Origin: an uncultured Candidatus Saccharibacteria bacterium
GTDB lineage: Bacteria; Patescibacteriota; Minisyncoccia; Minisyncoccales; GWA2-38-27
Direction of reading: 5' to 3'
Assembly: GCA_964509645.1 (NCBI GenBank)
Contig: CAZDXV010000002.1
Span: 1,934 to 65,933 of the forward strand
DNA length: 64,000 bases
Below, piece after piece: positions 54,179 through 63,524 of the stretch. Numbering within the stretch: position 1 is the first letter of the stretch; the number at the start of each line of letters is the position of its first letter. The notes beneath the pieces were generated by a model, which was not told the origin of the DNA, did not search any database, and was given only the letters and a program-made list of their open reading frames with translations. A program made the translations under genes and the position numbers.

Positions 54179-54574
54179 TTATCTCTTCTTCCACTGGGGA
54201 GCTCTGCGGGCTCTTTTTAATCCAAACTTCTTTCTTTCTCTCATTCTAGCATCTCTGGTTAAGAAACCTCCTTTTTTCAGTTTCTTTTCAAACTCTTCAT
54301 CAATCTTAATTAAGGCTCTTGAGATTCCGAGCTTTAAAGCTTCCGCTTGAGAATGGATCCCTCCACCTTTAGCTTTTACAGAAAAACTGAACTTGTCTGA
54401 AACTTTTAGCTTGTTCAGGGGAGAAAGAACTATCTCCTGCATTTCATAAGTTGGAAAGTATTCTTTAAAGTCTTTTTCGTTGACTGTTATCTTTCCTTTT
54501 TTCCTGAAAAGACGAACTCTGGCCACAGAGGTCTTCCTTCTTCCTATAGTTTCAATATATTTTTTCTCTGCCAT
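54179..54574 (-). CDS. rpsI: 30S ribosomal protein S9
   Basis: GRRKTSVARV start and C-terminal RRAPQWKKR. Confidence 0.95.
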   Translation of the reverse strand: MAEKKYIETIGRRKTSVARVRLFRKKGKITVNEKDFKEYFPTYEMQEIVLSPLNKLKVSDKFSFSVKAKGGGIHSQAEALKLGISRALIKIDEEFEKKLKKGGFLTRDARMRERKKFGLKRARRAPQWKKR

Positions 54575-54575
54575 A

Positions 54576-54923
54576 TTACTCTACTTTTAGCCTTTTAATC
54601 TGCTCTTTTCTTAATTTATTCTTAGGAAGCATTCCGAAAACAGCTCTTTTCAAAGCCTCCCCCGGATCTTTGGCTAAAACCTTTTTTAAAGGCTTTTCTT
54701 TTAATCCTCCTAAGTACCCTGAGTGGCTGTAATATTTTTTCTGTTCAATTTTTTTCCCGGTAATTTTCATCTTGTCTATATTTTTAACAACAACAGAATC
54801 CCCTACATCCTTGTAGGGAACAAAATCAGACTTTCCTTTCCCTCTTAAAAGGTCTGCTACCTCGGTAGCCATCCTTCCGAGTACTTTTCCTTGAGCGTCT
54901 ATTGTGTGGGTTTCTCTTTTCAT
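54576..54923 (-). CDS. rplM: 50S ribosomal protein L13 (short form, 115 aa)
   Basis: IDAQGKVLGRMATEVADLLRGKGK and AVFGMLPKN motifs. Ends at LKVE without the usual C-terminal tail. Confidence 0.9.
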   Translation of the reverse strand: MKRETHTIDAQGKVLGRMATEVADLLRGKGKSDFVPYKDVGDSVVVKNIDKMKITGKKIEQKKYYSHSGYLGGLKEKPLKKVLAKDPGEALKRAVFGMLPKNKLRKEQIKRLKVE

Positions 54924-55267
54924 ATTAGTTCAATAAAAGCCATCTTAGCTCCGTCTGATTTTCTGGGGCCCATTTTTAAAATCCTAGCATATCCCCCTTT
55001 TCTGTCTTTATATTTCGGAGCTATTTCTTTTATTATTTTAGAAGAAAGATCTTTAGAAAAATACTTTGTCAGGTGTCTTGTAGAATTTAAATCCTGTTTT
55101 TTTGCTTTTGTAATTATCTTCTCAGCTAAAGGCCTTATTTCTTTTGCCTTAGCTTCAGTTGTCTTGATCTTTCCATTGAGAAAAAGAGATCTGAGAAGAG
55201 ATCTTTTTAAAGCGTTTCTCTGGTCTTTTTCTCTTGAAAGTTTTCTTCCTTTTTTAAGCTTTTTCAT
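54920..55267 (-). CDS. rplQ: 50S ribosomal protein L17
   Basis: KLSREKDQRNALKRSLLRSLFLNGKIKTTEAKAKE. Lies after rpoA. Confidence 0.9.
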   Translation of the reverse strand: MKKLKKGRKLSREKDQRNALKRSLLRSLFLNGKIKTTEAKAKEIRPLAEKIITKAKKQDLNSTRHLTKYFSKDLSSKIIKEIAPKYKDRKGGYARILKMGPRKSDGAKMAFIELI

Positions 55268-56225
55268 TTTTCAGCTCTAAATCAAATTTCTTTAGGGCTT
55301 TTTTAACTTCTTTTACAGCTTTATCTCCCAGACCCTCCATTTCGTTAAGAGCCTCTTCTGACTTTCTCAAAAGCCCTCCTACTGTTTTTATATTATTCTG
55401 CTCTAGGGCGTTTATTGTCCTAGTAGAGAGATTAAGCTCCTCCATTTTCTTTTTGGTAATATCCTCTTCCTTTTCTTCTTTTTTAGTAACTTTCTTTTTG
55501 GGAGTTTCTTCGAAGGGCTCTTTCAATAAAGAAAAGTGATTCAAAAGGATCTGGCAGGCTCTGTAAAACGCTTGCTGGGGGGAAACAATTCCGTCTGTCT
55601 CTATTTCTATTCTTAACCTGTCAAAGTCTGTTCTCTCCCCGACTCTCATATTCTCAACTTTAAAGCTTACCTGTTTTACAGGACTGAAAACAGCATCAAC
55701 CGGAAGAACCCCTGTCTCTGTCTTTTCCTGGCTTTTTCTCTGGTCAATTGTCTGATATCCAACTCCCTGCTCTATTTTAATCTCAATCTCTAGAGAGGAT
55801 TTTTTATCTGTTAATGTAGCTATATGGCAATCCTTGTTTACCAATTCTACCTGGCTGGGAAGATCAAAATCAGAACCTTTTACTTCTTTTTCTCCCGACA
55901 CCTTGAGACTAGCACTTTGGGGCTCTTGTTCATGAACCTTAAACCTCATCTGTTTAATATTCATTAAAATAGTTAAAACATCTTCTAAGATTCCCGAAAG
56001 CGTAGAAAACTCGTGCTGAGCACCTTTTATCTTTACTTCTGTTACAGCAGCTCCTTTTAAAGAAGAAAGTAAAACTCTTCTTAAGCTGTTGCCGATTGTA
56101 ATTCCGTATCCAGGATAAAGAGCTTCTATTTCAAAGACGGCCTTGTTGTCTTTTTCTTCTGTAACTTTTGGCGGTTTTGGTAAAAATTCCATATTTTTAA
56201 AATTATTATCTTGAATAAAACTCAA
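55254..56225 (-). CDS. rpoA: DNA-directed RNA polymerase alpha subunit
   Basis: GYGITIGNSLRRVLLSS, and a C-terminal domain LNLSTRTINAL. The start may be the internal MEFLPKPP at 56192. Confidence 0.95.
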   Translation of the reverse strand: MSFIQDNNFKNMEFLPKPPKVTEEKDNKAVFEIEALYPGYGITIGNSLRRVLLSSLKGAAVTEVKIKGAQHEFSTLSGILEDVLTILMNIKQMRFKVHEQEPQSASLKVSGEKEVKGSDFDLPSQVELVNKDCHIATLTDKKSSLEIEIKIEQGVGYQTIDQRKSQEKTETGVLPVDAVFSPVKQVSFKVENMRVGERTDFDRLRIEIETDGIVSPQQAFYRACQILLNHFSLLKEPFEETPKKKVTKKEEKEEDITKKKMEELNLSTRTINALEQNNIKTVGGLLRKSEEALNEMEGLGDKAVKEVKKALKKFDLELKNEKA

Positions 56226-56835
56226 AAATAGCTGATATTTCAGCTGGAGGAGCTACTTCTTCCAGGGTAGGCTCCCCTATAACCTCTCCTTCAAGTTTCT
56301 CGGCTCTGACTTTAAGCCAGGAAGGAGGCGTTTGTTTTTTTAAAATAGTTGGAAGATTCTTAAAAATTTCTTTTTTCTGAGCTTTCGGACTTAAACTAAC
56401 AACATCTCCTTTCTTCACTTGGCGAGAGGGTATGTTTGTCTTTTTTCCGTTTACCAAAAAATGGCCGTGAGATACAATTTGCCTGGCCTGAATTCTTGAG
56501 GGAACAAAACCCACCCTAAAAACAACATTGTCCAAACGGCTCTCAAGCTTTTTGATAAGATAAGCTCCGGTGTCCTCTATCTGGCCTCTTTTTTCCAAAA
56601 CATCCTGGACATAGTTCCTGAACTGCTTCTCTCTCAAGTGATACCATCTCTTCAGTTTCTGCTTTTCTTGAAGCTCTTTTCCATATTCTGAGATATTTCT
56701 TCTTCTTCTCTTTCCCTTTTGGCCGGGAGGATAAGATCTTCTTACAAGAGAACATTTAGTAGAAAAACACCTATCTCCCTTTAAAAAGAGTTTGGTTCCT
56801 ACCCTTCTGCAAATTTTACATTTATTATTTACCAT
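56206..56835 (-). CDS. rpsD: 30S ribosomal protein S4
   Basis: N-terminal Zn-type CKICRR...C..KC and an S4 domain RLDNVVFRVGF. Confidence 0.95.
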   Translation of the reverse strand: MVNNKCKICRRVGTKLFLKGDRCFSTKCSLVRRSYPPGQKGKRRRRNISEYGKELQEKQKLKRWYHLREKQFRNYVQDVLEKRGQIEDTGAYLIKKLESRLDNVVFRVGFVPSRIQARQIVSHGHFLVNGKKTNIPSRQVKKGDVVSLSPKAQKKEIFKNLPTILKKQTPPSWLKVRAEKLEGEVIGEPTLEEVAPPAEISAIFEFYSR

Positions 56836-57287
56836 TATGCTCTTCTAGCTTTTCTGGGACGGCACCCGTTATGAGGCATAGGAGTAACGTCTTTTATAGC
56901 TGTAATTTCTAAACCTTTATTAACTAAAGATCTTATAGCAGAATCTCTGCCAGACCCTATTCCTTTAACAAAGATAGACACCTTGTCCACTCCAAGCTTT
57001 CCTGCAGCAAAAGATATAGACTCTGCTACTTTCGAAGCAGCAAAAGGAGTAGCTTTCTTAGTCCCCTTAAATCCTATTGATCCTGCGCTTGACCAAGTTA
57101 AAACATCTCCCGAAGAATTAGTCAGGGTAATAACAGTGTTATTATAGGAAGAAGAAATATAAACCCGGCCTTCTCTTGAAGCAAGGCCTTTTTTAGCTTT
57201 TACATCCTTTTTAACTCCTGACTCAACTTTCTCTCTTTCCTTTAAAAGCTCTTCTTTTGTTTTTTGTACAACTCTTTTCTTTCCCAT
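56835..57287 (-). CDS. rpsK: 30S ribosomal protein S11 (with short N-terminal extension)
   Basis: GRVYISSSYNNTVITLT, a GFKGTKKATPFAA motif and C-terminal PMPHNGCRPRKARR. Confidence 0.95.
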   Translation of the reverse strand: MGKKRVVQKTKEELLKEREKVESGVKKDVKAKKGLASREGRVYISSSYNNTVITLTNSSGDVLTWSSAGSIGFKGTKKATPFAASKVAESISFAAGKLGVDKVSIFVKGIGSGRDSAIRSLVNKGLEITAIKDVTPMPHNGCRPRKARRA

Positions 57288-57289
57288 AA

Positions 57290-57679
57290 TTATTTAGGGG
57301 TTGGAGCAGATTTTCTTCCAGAACCCATGGTTCTTCTTACATTGCCCCTTACCGTCCTGGTATTAGTTCTTGTCTTCTGCCCTCTTACAGGAAGACCTTT
57401 CTTATGCCTTATTCCCCTCCAGGAATTGATATCTTTCAACCTTTTGATGTTTACCGTTTTTTCTCTTCTTAGATCCCCTTCTATTTTATAATCCTTCTCA
57501 ATAATCCCTTTAATCTTGTTCAGCTCCTCCGAAGTAAGCTTAGCAGTTTTTTTCTGGGATTCTACTTTGGCTTTTCTTAAAATATCCTTACTCAAAGAAT
57601 AGCCTATTCCGTAAATATAGGTTAAAGCTGTTTCTATGTTCTTTTTTTCGGGTATATCAACCCCTGCAATTCTAGGCAT
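57290..57679 (-). CDS. rpsM: 30S ribosomal protein S13
   Basis: MPRIAGVDIP start, then YRGIRHKKGLPVRGQKTRTN-like motif. Confidence 0.95.
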   Translation of the reverse strand: MPRIAGVDIPEKKNIETALTYIYGIGYSLSKDILRKAKVESQKKTAKLTSEELNKIKGIIEKDYKIEGDLRREKTVNIKRLKDINSWRGIRHKKGLPVRGQKTRTNTRTVRGNVRRTMGSGRKSAPTPK

Positions 57680-57681
57680 AA

Positions 57682-57795
57682 TTATCCTTGTCTTTGTTTG
57701 TGTTTAGGATTTTTACAAATAACATAAACTCGCCCTTTTCTTCGGACGATTTTACAATCTTTACACATTTTTTTTACTGATGGACGCACTTTCAT
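57682..57795 (-). CDS. rpmJ: 50S ribosomal protein L36 (37 aa, unlisted ORF)
   Basis: Translation is [37 protein letters not shown]. Confidence 0.95.
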   Translation of the reverse strand: MKVRPSVKKMCKDCKIVRRKGRVYVICKNPKHKQRQG

Positions 57796-57825
57796 AACAA
57801 AAAAAAATATTAAAGATAACTTTAA

Positions 57826-58050
57826 TTAATTCCCCCTGTAGACTATTCTGCCTCTTTCTTTATCATAAGGACTCATTTCTACTGTTACTCTGTCTCCTGG
57901 CAGAACCTTAATCCTATACATTCTAAGTTTCCCCGCTAAATGAGCTATAATCTCCATTCCGTCATCCAATTCTACCTTAAAATGAGTACTAGGTAAAGCC
58001 TCTGTCACTGTTCCTTTTTTTTGAATAACTTCTTTACTGGTTTTTCCCAT
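57826..58050 (-). CDS. infA: Translation initiation factor IF-1
   Basis: [43 protein letters not shown]. Confidence 0.95.
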   Translation of the reverse strand: MGKTSKEVIQKKGTVTEALPSTHFKVELDDGMEIIAHLAGKLRMYRIKVLPGDRVTVEMSPYDKERGRIVYRGN

Positions 58051-58080
58051 TGTATAGCTAATAGTCTAACAAATATTCAG

Positions 58081-59352
58081 TTATCGGTCAAGCCTTAAAA
58101 CTAAATTTATCTTCTCCTTCTCTTTAGGCAAACTTCTTCTCCAGAAAGGCCATGATGTTACCTCTACCTTTTCTATTCCAGAGAGCCTTCCCAAAAATAA
58201 TTTAGCTTCGTTCAATCCTTGTCCGGCAATAGATTTTTTAACTTTCTCGAGTTCAATATCTTTAAAAACAGATGCTTTAACGGCCAGAGTCAAAGAAACC
58301 TCTCCTTTTTCTAAATCTAAAGAATCAACTGAAAAATTAAGAGCAAGAGTTTCCTCCTTTATTTTCATATCCTCTGAAATCATAGATGCTATTAGATTTT
58401 TAGCAAAATCTGCTACATAGTCCTCTCTTAAAGCTAAGGCTTGAGATTTTATTTCCGCTTTATAAGTAAAGGAGTCGCTCTTTTCTTCGGGCTCTACAGA
58501 AGACTCCGTATTTAAAACTTGATGAGAAATAGAATCTTTCAAAAGAATATGTTTTTCAGAAAGAGTATCTTTTAAGAACTGGCTGTTCTCTTCTTTGAGC
58601 CCAGAGACGACTTCCTCTTCAGCTTTTGCAAGATCCTCCTCTGCAGCTTGGGCTACCTCCCCCACAAAACCTTCCTTCATATCTTCAAAAGATTTTCCGT
58701 AAAAGGTAGTGAACTTTTCTGTACCGGCGAATCCTGGTATGGAAAAGGTGGTCGGCCCTATATTGTAATCTTTGCCCGGTTCGGCTGCCCTTACCTCAAT
58801 ATCTGTATAGCCCGGGACAAATTCTCCTCCTTCGTAATGGCCCCCCTTAACAACTTCTCTTTCTAAGGAACGAAAAAGCTTTCCCTCTGAAGAAACAAAC
58901 CTTGTATTAGCCACTAGAGGCTGGTCATAAGTAGAATGGGCGTTGTAAACCCTTATAACACCCTCCGCTCTTTTTTCCACTTCTGCTCGGGCGCTAGCCA
59001 TAAAATTACTCTCTTTGGTTTTTTGGACTTCAACCTCTTCTACGGGAAGAATTTCTGTTTCAAACCAGACTTCAGGATTCTCCCCTGCCTCTTTGCTTAG
59101 TAAAATCTGATAATCAAAGTCCAAAAATTCCTGTTGGGGCCATATTTCGATTTTAATATCAGAGAAAAAGAAAAATCCGACCAAAGCCACAATCACCAGT
59201 CCCAAGACAGAAAATATTAAACTCTTGAACCAGATTCTTTTTTTGGGCTCTACCGGTTTTTCTTTCGACACCTCTTCTTTTTTCTCTTCTAAAACCGGTT
59301 TTTCTTCTTTTTTACTATTTGGCGGAATTACATCGTAAAATTTCTTTGGCAT
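58081..59352 (-). CDS. Hypothetical bitopic membrane protein (423 aa)
   Basis: Lys/Glu-rich N-terminus, one TM helix and a large extracytoplasmic domain. 38-nt overlap with the upstream actin-like ATPase gene. Confidence 0.55.
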   Translation of the reverse strand: MPKKFYDVIPPNSKKEEKPVLEEKKEEVSKEKPVEPKKRIWFKSLIFSVLGLVIVALVGFFFFSDIKIEIWPQQEFLDFDYQILLSKEAGENPEVWFETEILPVEEVEVQKTKESNFMASARAEVEKRAEGVIRVYNAHSTYDQPLVANTRFVSSEGKLFRSLEREVVKGGHYEGGEFVPGYTDIEVRAAEPGKDYNIGPTTFSIPGFAGTEKFTTFYGKSFEDMKEGFVGEVAQAAEEDLAKAEEEVVSGLKEENSQFLKDTLSEKHILLKDSISHQVLNTESSVEPEEKSDSFTYKAEIKSQALALREDYVADFAKNLIASMISEDMKIKEETLALNFSVDSLDLEKGEVSLTLAVKASVFKDIELEKVKKSIAGQGLNEAKLFLGRLSGIEKVEVTSWPFWRRSLPKEKEKINLVLRLDR

Positions 59353-60466
59353 GGTATAGGGTTAATAATATTGGTATAAATTGAGGGTTATTAATTTCTT
59401 TTGCCTTAATATCGGGAAGCTTGTCTGGAGAAAGAACTTCAACCTGCAAACTCTCCAGAGAAAACTCATCTTCTTTTAAGGCGTCCCCTATGTCTGGGAG
59501 CTGAGAAGATCCTCCGTATATAAAAACATTTTTGGGGATATGGGTTTTTAAAAATTCAACTTCTCTCCTTAAGGCATTATACCATTTCTTTCTCTCTTTG
59601 CTAAAAATCTCTTTAATTTTTTTTCTTGAATCTTCGCTTAGCTCCTCTCTGCTATATCTCTCTTTAAGATCTCGAGCATAATTCTCGTCTAACCCAAGAT
59701 CCTCCATTAACTTTTCTGTAAAAGCCCTCCCTCCGGCATTAAACTCTCCCACCTTAGAAAGTTCTTTTTCCACAAGCTGAAACTGGCTTACTTTTCCTCC
59801 TATGTCAATAAAAACTGCCTCTTTTGATACCCTGTCAAGATAGCAAGAACTGGAAACAAAGTCTGAAATATTAAATCCGTTTAAAACCTTCTTTATCTTT
59901 TCAAGGTAGAAATCGGGAGCAAAAATAGCTATTACCTTAAAATCTAGATTTCTCCCCTGATATCCCTTGAGAGAGTCCACTCTGTAACCGTCTATTTTAA
60001 TCTCTGCGAGATATTCTTTAATCCATTTTATCTCTCCGGGCAGAATACCGCTTCTCTTAGAAAACTCTTCTGAAGTTTCTTTTTTAACTTCACTTAAAAC
60101 CTTTTTCTTAATTGTTTCAGCCTCCTTAAAAGAAATTGTCTTGCTTTCTTTTCTCTCAAAGGAAATACTTACTACTCTCGTTTTTAAATAATCAGGAGAT
60201 AAAGAAACAAAACATTTAAGTTTCTCCGGCCTTATTTTTTCAGGCCTCAAAAGAGATTTTTTAGCTCCTTCGATGGCTTTTAAAGCCGCTTTTCTCATCA
60301 AGGATATTTCATAATCTCCCTTAAAAGAACTATATCTATCAAAATATTCAAAAAAGGAACCCAAAACCTCTATTCTATCTGAAAAGAATACGGCTTTTAC
60401 GCTTTCTGTTCCTATATCCAGAGCCAAAAAGATATTCTTTTTTTCTTTTCTAAAAAAAGCTCCCAT
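59315..60466 (-). CDS. Actin-fold ATPase of the FtsA/PilM family
   Basis: ASKHA phosphate motifs LALDIGTESVKAV and VFIDIGGKVSQF, a late YGGSSQLP. Confidence 0.6.
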   Translation of the reverse strand: MGAFFRKEKKNIFLALDIGTESVKAVFFSDRIEVLGSFFEYFDRYSSFKGDYEISLMRKAALKAIEGAKKSLLRPEKIRPEKLKCFVSLSPDYLKTRVVSISFERKESKTISFKEAETIKKKVLSEVKKETSEEFSKRSGILPGEIKWIKEYLAEIKIDGYRVDSLKGYQGRNLDFKVIAIFAPDFYLEKIKKVLNGFNISDFVSSSCYLDRVSKEAVFIDIGGKVSQFQLVEKELSKVGEFNAGGRAFTEKLMEDLGLDENYARDLKERYSREELSEDSRKKIKEIFSKERKKWYNALRREVEFLKTHIPKNVFIYGGSSQLPDIGDALKEDEFSLESLQVEVLSPDKLPDIKAKEINNPQFIPILLTLYHAKEILRCNSAK

Positions 60467-60473
60467 TTACCTT

Positions 60474-60479
60474 ATTTTA
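60474..60479 (-). promoter_or_regulatory. -10 box TAAAAT, 7 nt before the ATG of the FtsA/PilM-like gene
   Basis: Minus strand reads TAAAATaaggtaaATG. Confidence 0.3.
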
Positions 60480-60503
60480 CCTTTTTAGATGATTTTTCTC
60501 AAA

Positions 60504-62276
60504 TCATTCCAAAACAGCCCTTATTCTCCTTATTCCGGCTCCAGATGATTTTTCTTTTATAATCTTAAATCGCCCCAGTTCAGAAGTTTTTTTAGCGTGA
60601 GGCCCGGCGCAAATCTCCTTGGAAAAACTTCCTACAGAATAAACATTAACCTTGTCAGGATATTTTTCTTTAAAGAAGGCAAGCGCTCCGGAATCTAAAG
60701 CTTTTTTCAAGCTCATTTCTTTTTTTTCAACTTTAAGATCTTCTTTTATCTTTTCGTTGACAATATCTTCAACTTTATTTATCTCTTCGTCTGTCATTTT
60801 AAAGTTGTAGGAAAAATCAAACCTTAATCTTTCAGAATTAACATCGGAACCCATTTGCTTTACCTCCTTCCCTAATACCTCTCTTAGGGCCTGGTGAAGA
60901 AGATGAGTGGCTGTGTGAAGTTTTGCTTCCTGGTACCCTGCTTCTCTACCTACTCCTCCAAACTTTTTTTCAACTCCTGCTCTAGATATTTCTTTGTGTT
61001 TCTTTAAAGCTTTTTCAAAATCTTCTTCTTGAACAATTTCTATCTCTTTTTCTTCGGCAAGTTCTTTTGTAAGTTCTAGAGGAAATCCATAGGATTCGTA
61101 GAGGCGGAAGGCCTCTTTTCCTGATATTTTTTTGTACCCTATTTTATCAAACTCTTTTAATCCCCTTTCTAAAGTTTTCTCAAACTTATCCTGTTCTTTT
61201 TGAATAACATTTAAAATCTCTTTTTCTTTAAGCTTCAGCTCGGGATAGGCTTCCCCGAATTTATTTATAACTTCCTGAGCCAGAACTACGAGAAAGCTGT
61301 CTGGCATTTTTAAAACTTTTCCCAATCTTATTGCCCTTCTTAAAACTCTTCTTAAAATATATCCTCTTTCCGTATTGCTTGGAAGAATATTATCTGAGAT
61401 TAAAAACACGCCTCCTCTGGCGTGGTCCGCAATAACCCTAAAGGCTTTTGTGTTTTCTTTGTAATCTTTCCCCGACACTTCCTCCAGCTTCTTTATGATA
61501 GAATCGAAAAGATCCGTCTCAAAAGCTGATTTTTTCCCCTGTAAAAGAGCTGTGACTCTTTCAAACCCTATGCCAGTATCAACATTCTTTTGGGGAAGTT
61601 TTTTAAGGGATCCATCTTCTTTTTTATCATACTCCATAAAAACAAGATTCCAAATCTCAACAAATCTGTTGCATTTGTCGCAGTTTGGTCCGCAGTCTTT
61701 GCACCCGAATTTCTCCCCCCTGTCATAATGAATTTCAGAACAGGGACCGCAGGGACCTGTATCTGAAACCGGGCCCCAGAAATTGTCTTCGGACCCAAAT
61801 TCCAATATCCTCCCTCGTGGAATTCCTTTCTTTTCCCATATCTCAGCCGCCTCATTGTCTTTTGGAACACTGCCTTCTCCTGAAAAAATCGTAACCCATA
61901 TTCTTTCTTTTTCAAGTCCCAATTCTTTTAATAAAAAATCAAGGGCTAAGCCAATGGCTCCCTCTTTAAAATACCCGTTTTTCCCTCCTCCTATAGACCA
62001 GTTACCCAACATCTCAAAAAAAGTGTGGTGGGTATCGTCTCCGACTTCTTCTATATCGTTTGTCCTGAAACACTTCTGGATAGAGGCCAAGGTTTTACCT
62101 CCAAAATCTTCTGTAGCGTCTTTCTGACCAGAAAGATAGGGTATAAACTGCTGCATCCCAGCCGTGGTTAAAAGAACGGTTTTATCCTCTGGAATCAAAG
62201 AACTGGAAGGCACTATCTTGTGCCCTCTTTTTTCAAAAAAATTAAAAAATTTGTTTCTTAGCTCAAAAGAATTCAT
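60504..62276 (-). CDS. alaS: Alanyl-tRNA synthetase, short form without the C-Ala domain
   Basis: LRNKFFNFFEKRGH, LLTTAGMQQF, the editing-domain HTATHLLH and CAGPH. Ends at 590 aa. Confidence 0.9.
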   Translation of the reverse strand: MNSFELRNKFFNFFEKRGHKIVPSSSLIPEDKTVLLTTAGMQQFIPYLSGQKDATEDFGGKTLASIQKCFRTNDIEEVGDDTHHTFFEMLGNWSIGGGKNGYFKEGAIGLALDFLLKELGLEKERIWVTIFSGEGSVPKDNEAAEIWEKKGIPRGRILEFGSEDNFWGPVSDTGPCGPCSEIHYDRGEKFGCKDCGPNCDKCNRFVEIWNLVFMEYDKKEDGSLKKLPQKNVDTGIGFERVTALLQGKKSAFETDLFDSIIKKLEEVSGKDYKENTKAFRVIADHARGGVFLISDNILPSNTERGYILRRVLRRAIRLGKVLKMPDSFLVVLAQEVINKFGEAYPELKLKEKEILNVIQKEQDKFEKTLERGLKEFDKIGYKKISGKEAFRLYESYGFPLELTKELAEEKEIEIVQEEDFEKALKKHKEISRAGVEKKFGGVGREAGYQEAKLHTATHLLHQALREVLGKEVKQMGSDVNSERLRFDFSYNFKMTDEEINKVEDIVNEKIKEDLKVEKKEMSLKKALDSGALAFFKEKYPDKVNVYSVGSFSKEICAGPHAKKTSELGRFKIIKEKSSGAGIRRIRAVLE

Positions 62277-62277
62277 A

Positions 62278-62796
62278 TTAACTGTACCTGTCAGCTAAAA
62301 TAGACGCTATACAGGCTTCAGGCTTTATTTTGGGCTCAAAGCCATTCCCTCTTATTAATCCTACAAGCTCTTTTATCATGTCTTTTGTTTTCCCTTTGAC
62401 TCCAATGTCTGCATGAATGTATTTAAACTGATAATCAAGCTTTTCATCTAGATCTTCAATCCTTTTTTTAAGTTCTTCTCTCAAAAAAAGAGCCAGTTCG
62501 CAGGACAACAAGACCTCTTGAAGAATTCTGTTTCTCCAATTGGCAAACCTTTTATTGAAAGAAGAAGGATATTTTACTTTTTTCAGAAAAAACCTTCCTC
62601 CTTCCCCTACTCTTAAAACAGCTACTGCAACCGGAAAATGAGGTGTTTCTTCAGAAGAAGAGTCACATCCTACGATAACATCATAAAGGTTGTCGGGGTA
62701 CTCTTGAATATATCCTATTATTTCATCTATAACTTGTTCCATCCTTAAATTTCCTCTCGTAGGGTTATAAAAATGGCCTTCTAAAACTTGCTGCAT
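62278..62796 (-). CDS. DUF458/YkuK-like RNase H-fold protein
   Basis: YDVIVGCDSS, FPVAVAVLRVGEGGRFF, IHADIGVKGKT, and a KPEACIASILADR pattern. Confidence 0.55.
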   Translation of the reverse strand: MQQVLEGHFYNPTRGNLRMEQVIDEIIGYIQEYPDNLYDVIVGCDSSSEETPHFPVAVAVLRVGEGGRFFLKKVKYPSSFNKRFANWRNRILQEVLLSCELALFLREELKKRIEDLDEKLDYQFKYIHADIGVKGKTKDMIKELVGLIRGNGFEPKIKPEACIASILADRYS

Positions 62797-62804
62797 AATA
62801 GAGT

Positions 62805-62813
62805 ATTCTAACA
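62805..62813 (-). promoter_or_regulatory. Extended -10 box TGtTAGAAT, 8 nt before the ATG of the DUF458 gene
   Basis: Minus strand reads TGTTAGAATactctattATG. Confidence 0.35.
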
Positions 62814-62829
62814 GTTAAAATCCCGAAAA

Positions 62830-63519
62830 TCAAACAACGCTATCAATTATTTTAGAAAATTCTTCAGGGTCCAGAGAAGCTCCTCCTACTAAAAGGCCTT
62901 GAAAGTCGGCCTCTTTTATAAATCCTGAGGCATTATGGCTTTTAACGCTCCCCCCGTACAAAACAGGTATGTCTGAGAAATTAAAAGCTTCTTTCAAAAT
63001 ATTAAGAATAAGATTTTTTCTCTCTAAAGCCTTGTTAAGATCGCAGGCTTTCCCCGTACCGATAGCCCATATGGGCTCATAAGCTATAATAACAGAAGAT
63101 ATATCAATACCTTTCAGTCCTTCTTCTATCTCTCTTCTTAAGATCTCTTCTACTTTTTCCCCTTCTTTCTCTCCTATACAAACAATAGGAATCAAACTAT
63201 TTTCTAAAGCAGCTTTAACTTTTTTATTAACCATCTCATCTGTTTCTTCAAAATATCCTCTTCTTTCAGAATGCCCCACAATAACGTATTCACATCCCAA
63301 ATCCTTTAGCATCAAAGGAGAAATCTCTCCTGTAAAAGCTCCTTCCTTTTCCCAAAAAAGATTCTGAGCTCCTTTTTTAACACCCTTAAATAAAGGCAAA
63401 AAAACAAAAGGAGGACAAATCACAAAGTTGTCCTTATCTTTAATTCCTTCAACTAATTTAATTGCCTCATCAGTAGTCGAAGGATTCATTTTCCAGTTTG
63501 CTACCACCAAGGGCTTCAT
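62830..63519 (-). CDS. tpiA: Triosephosphate isomerase
   Basis: ANWKMN, VGHSERR, AYEPIWAIGTG, YGGSV. Confidence 0.95.
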   Translation of the reverse strand: MKPLVVANWKMNPSTTDEAIKLVEGIKDKDNFVICPPFVFLPLFKGVKKGAQNLFWEKEGAFTGEISPLMLKDLGCEYVIVGHSERRGYFEETDEMVNKKVKAALENSLIPIVCIGEKEGEKVEEILRREIEEGLKGIDISSVIIAYEPIWAIGTGKACDLNKALERKNLILNILKEAFNFSDIPVLYGGSVKSHNASGFIKEADFQGLLVGGASLDPEEFSKIIDSVV

Positions 63520-63524
63520 AACGA

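Noticed and set aside
61568-61915. Same-strand alternative-frame ORFs inside alaS, with similar ones at 11098-11382, 12500-12796, 46551-46745, 49307-49522 and 56543-56755
   Set aside because: They are embedded in well-supported genes whose main frames carry family motifs. The alternative frames have no recognisable features.
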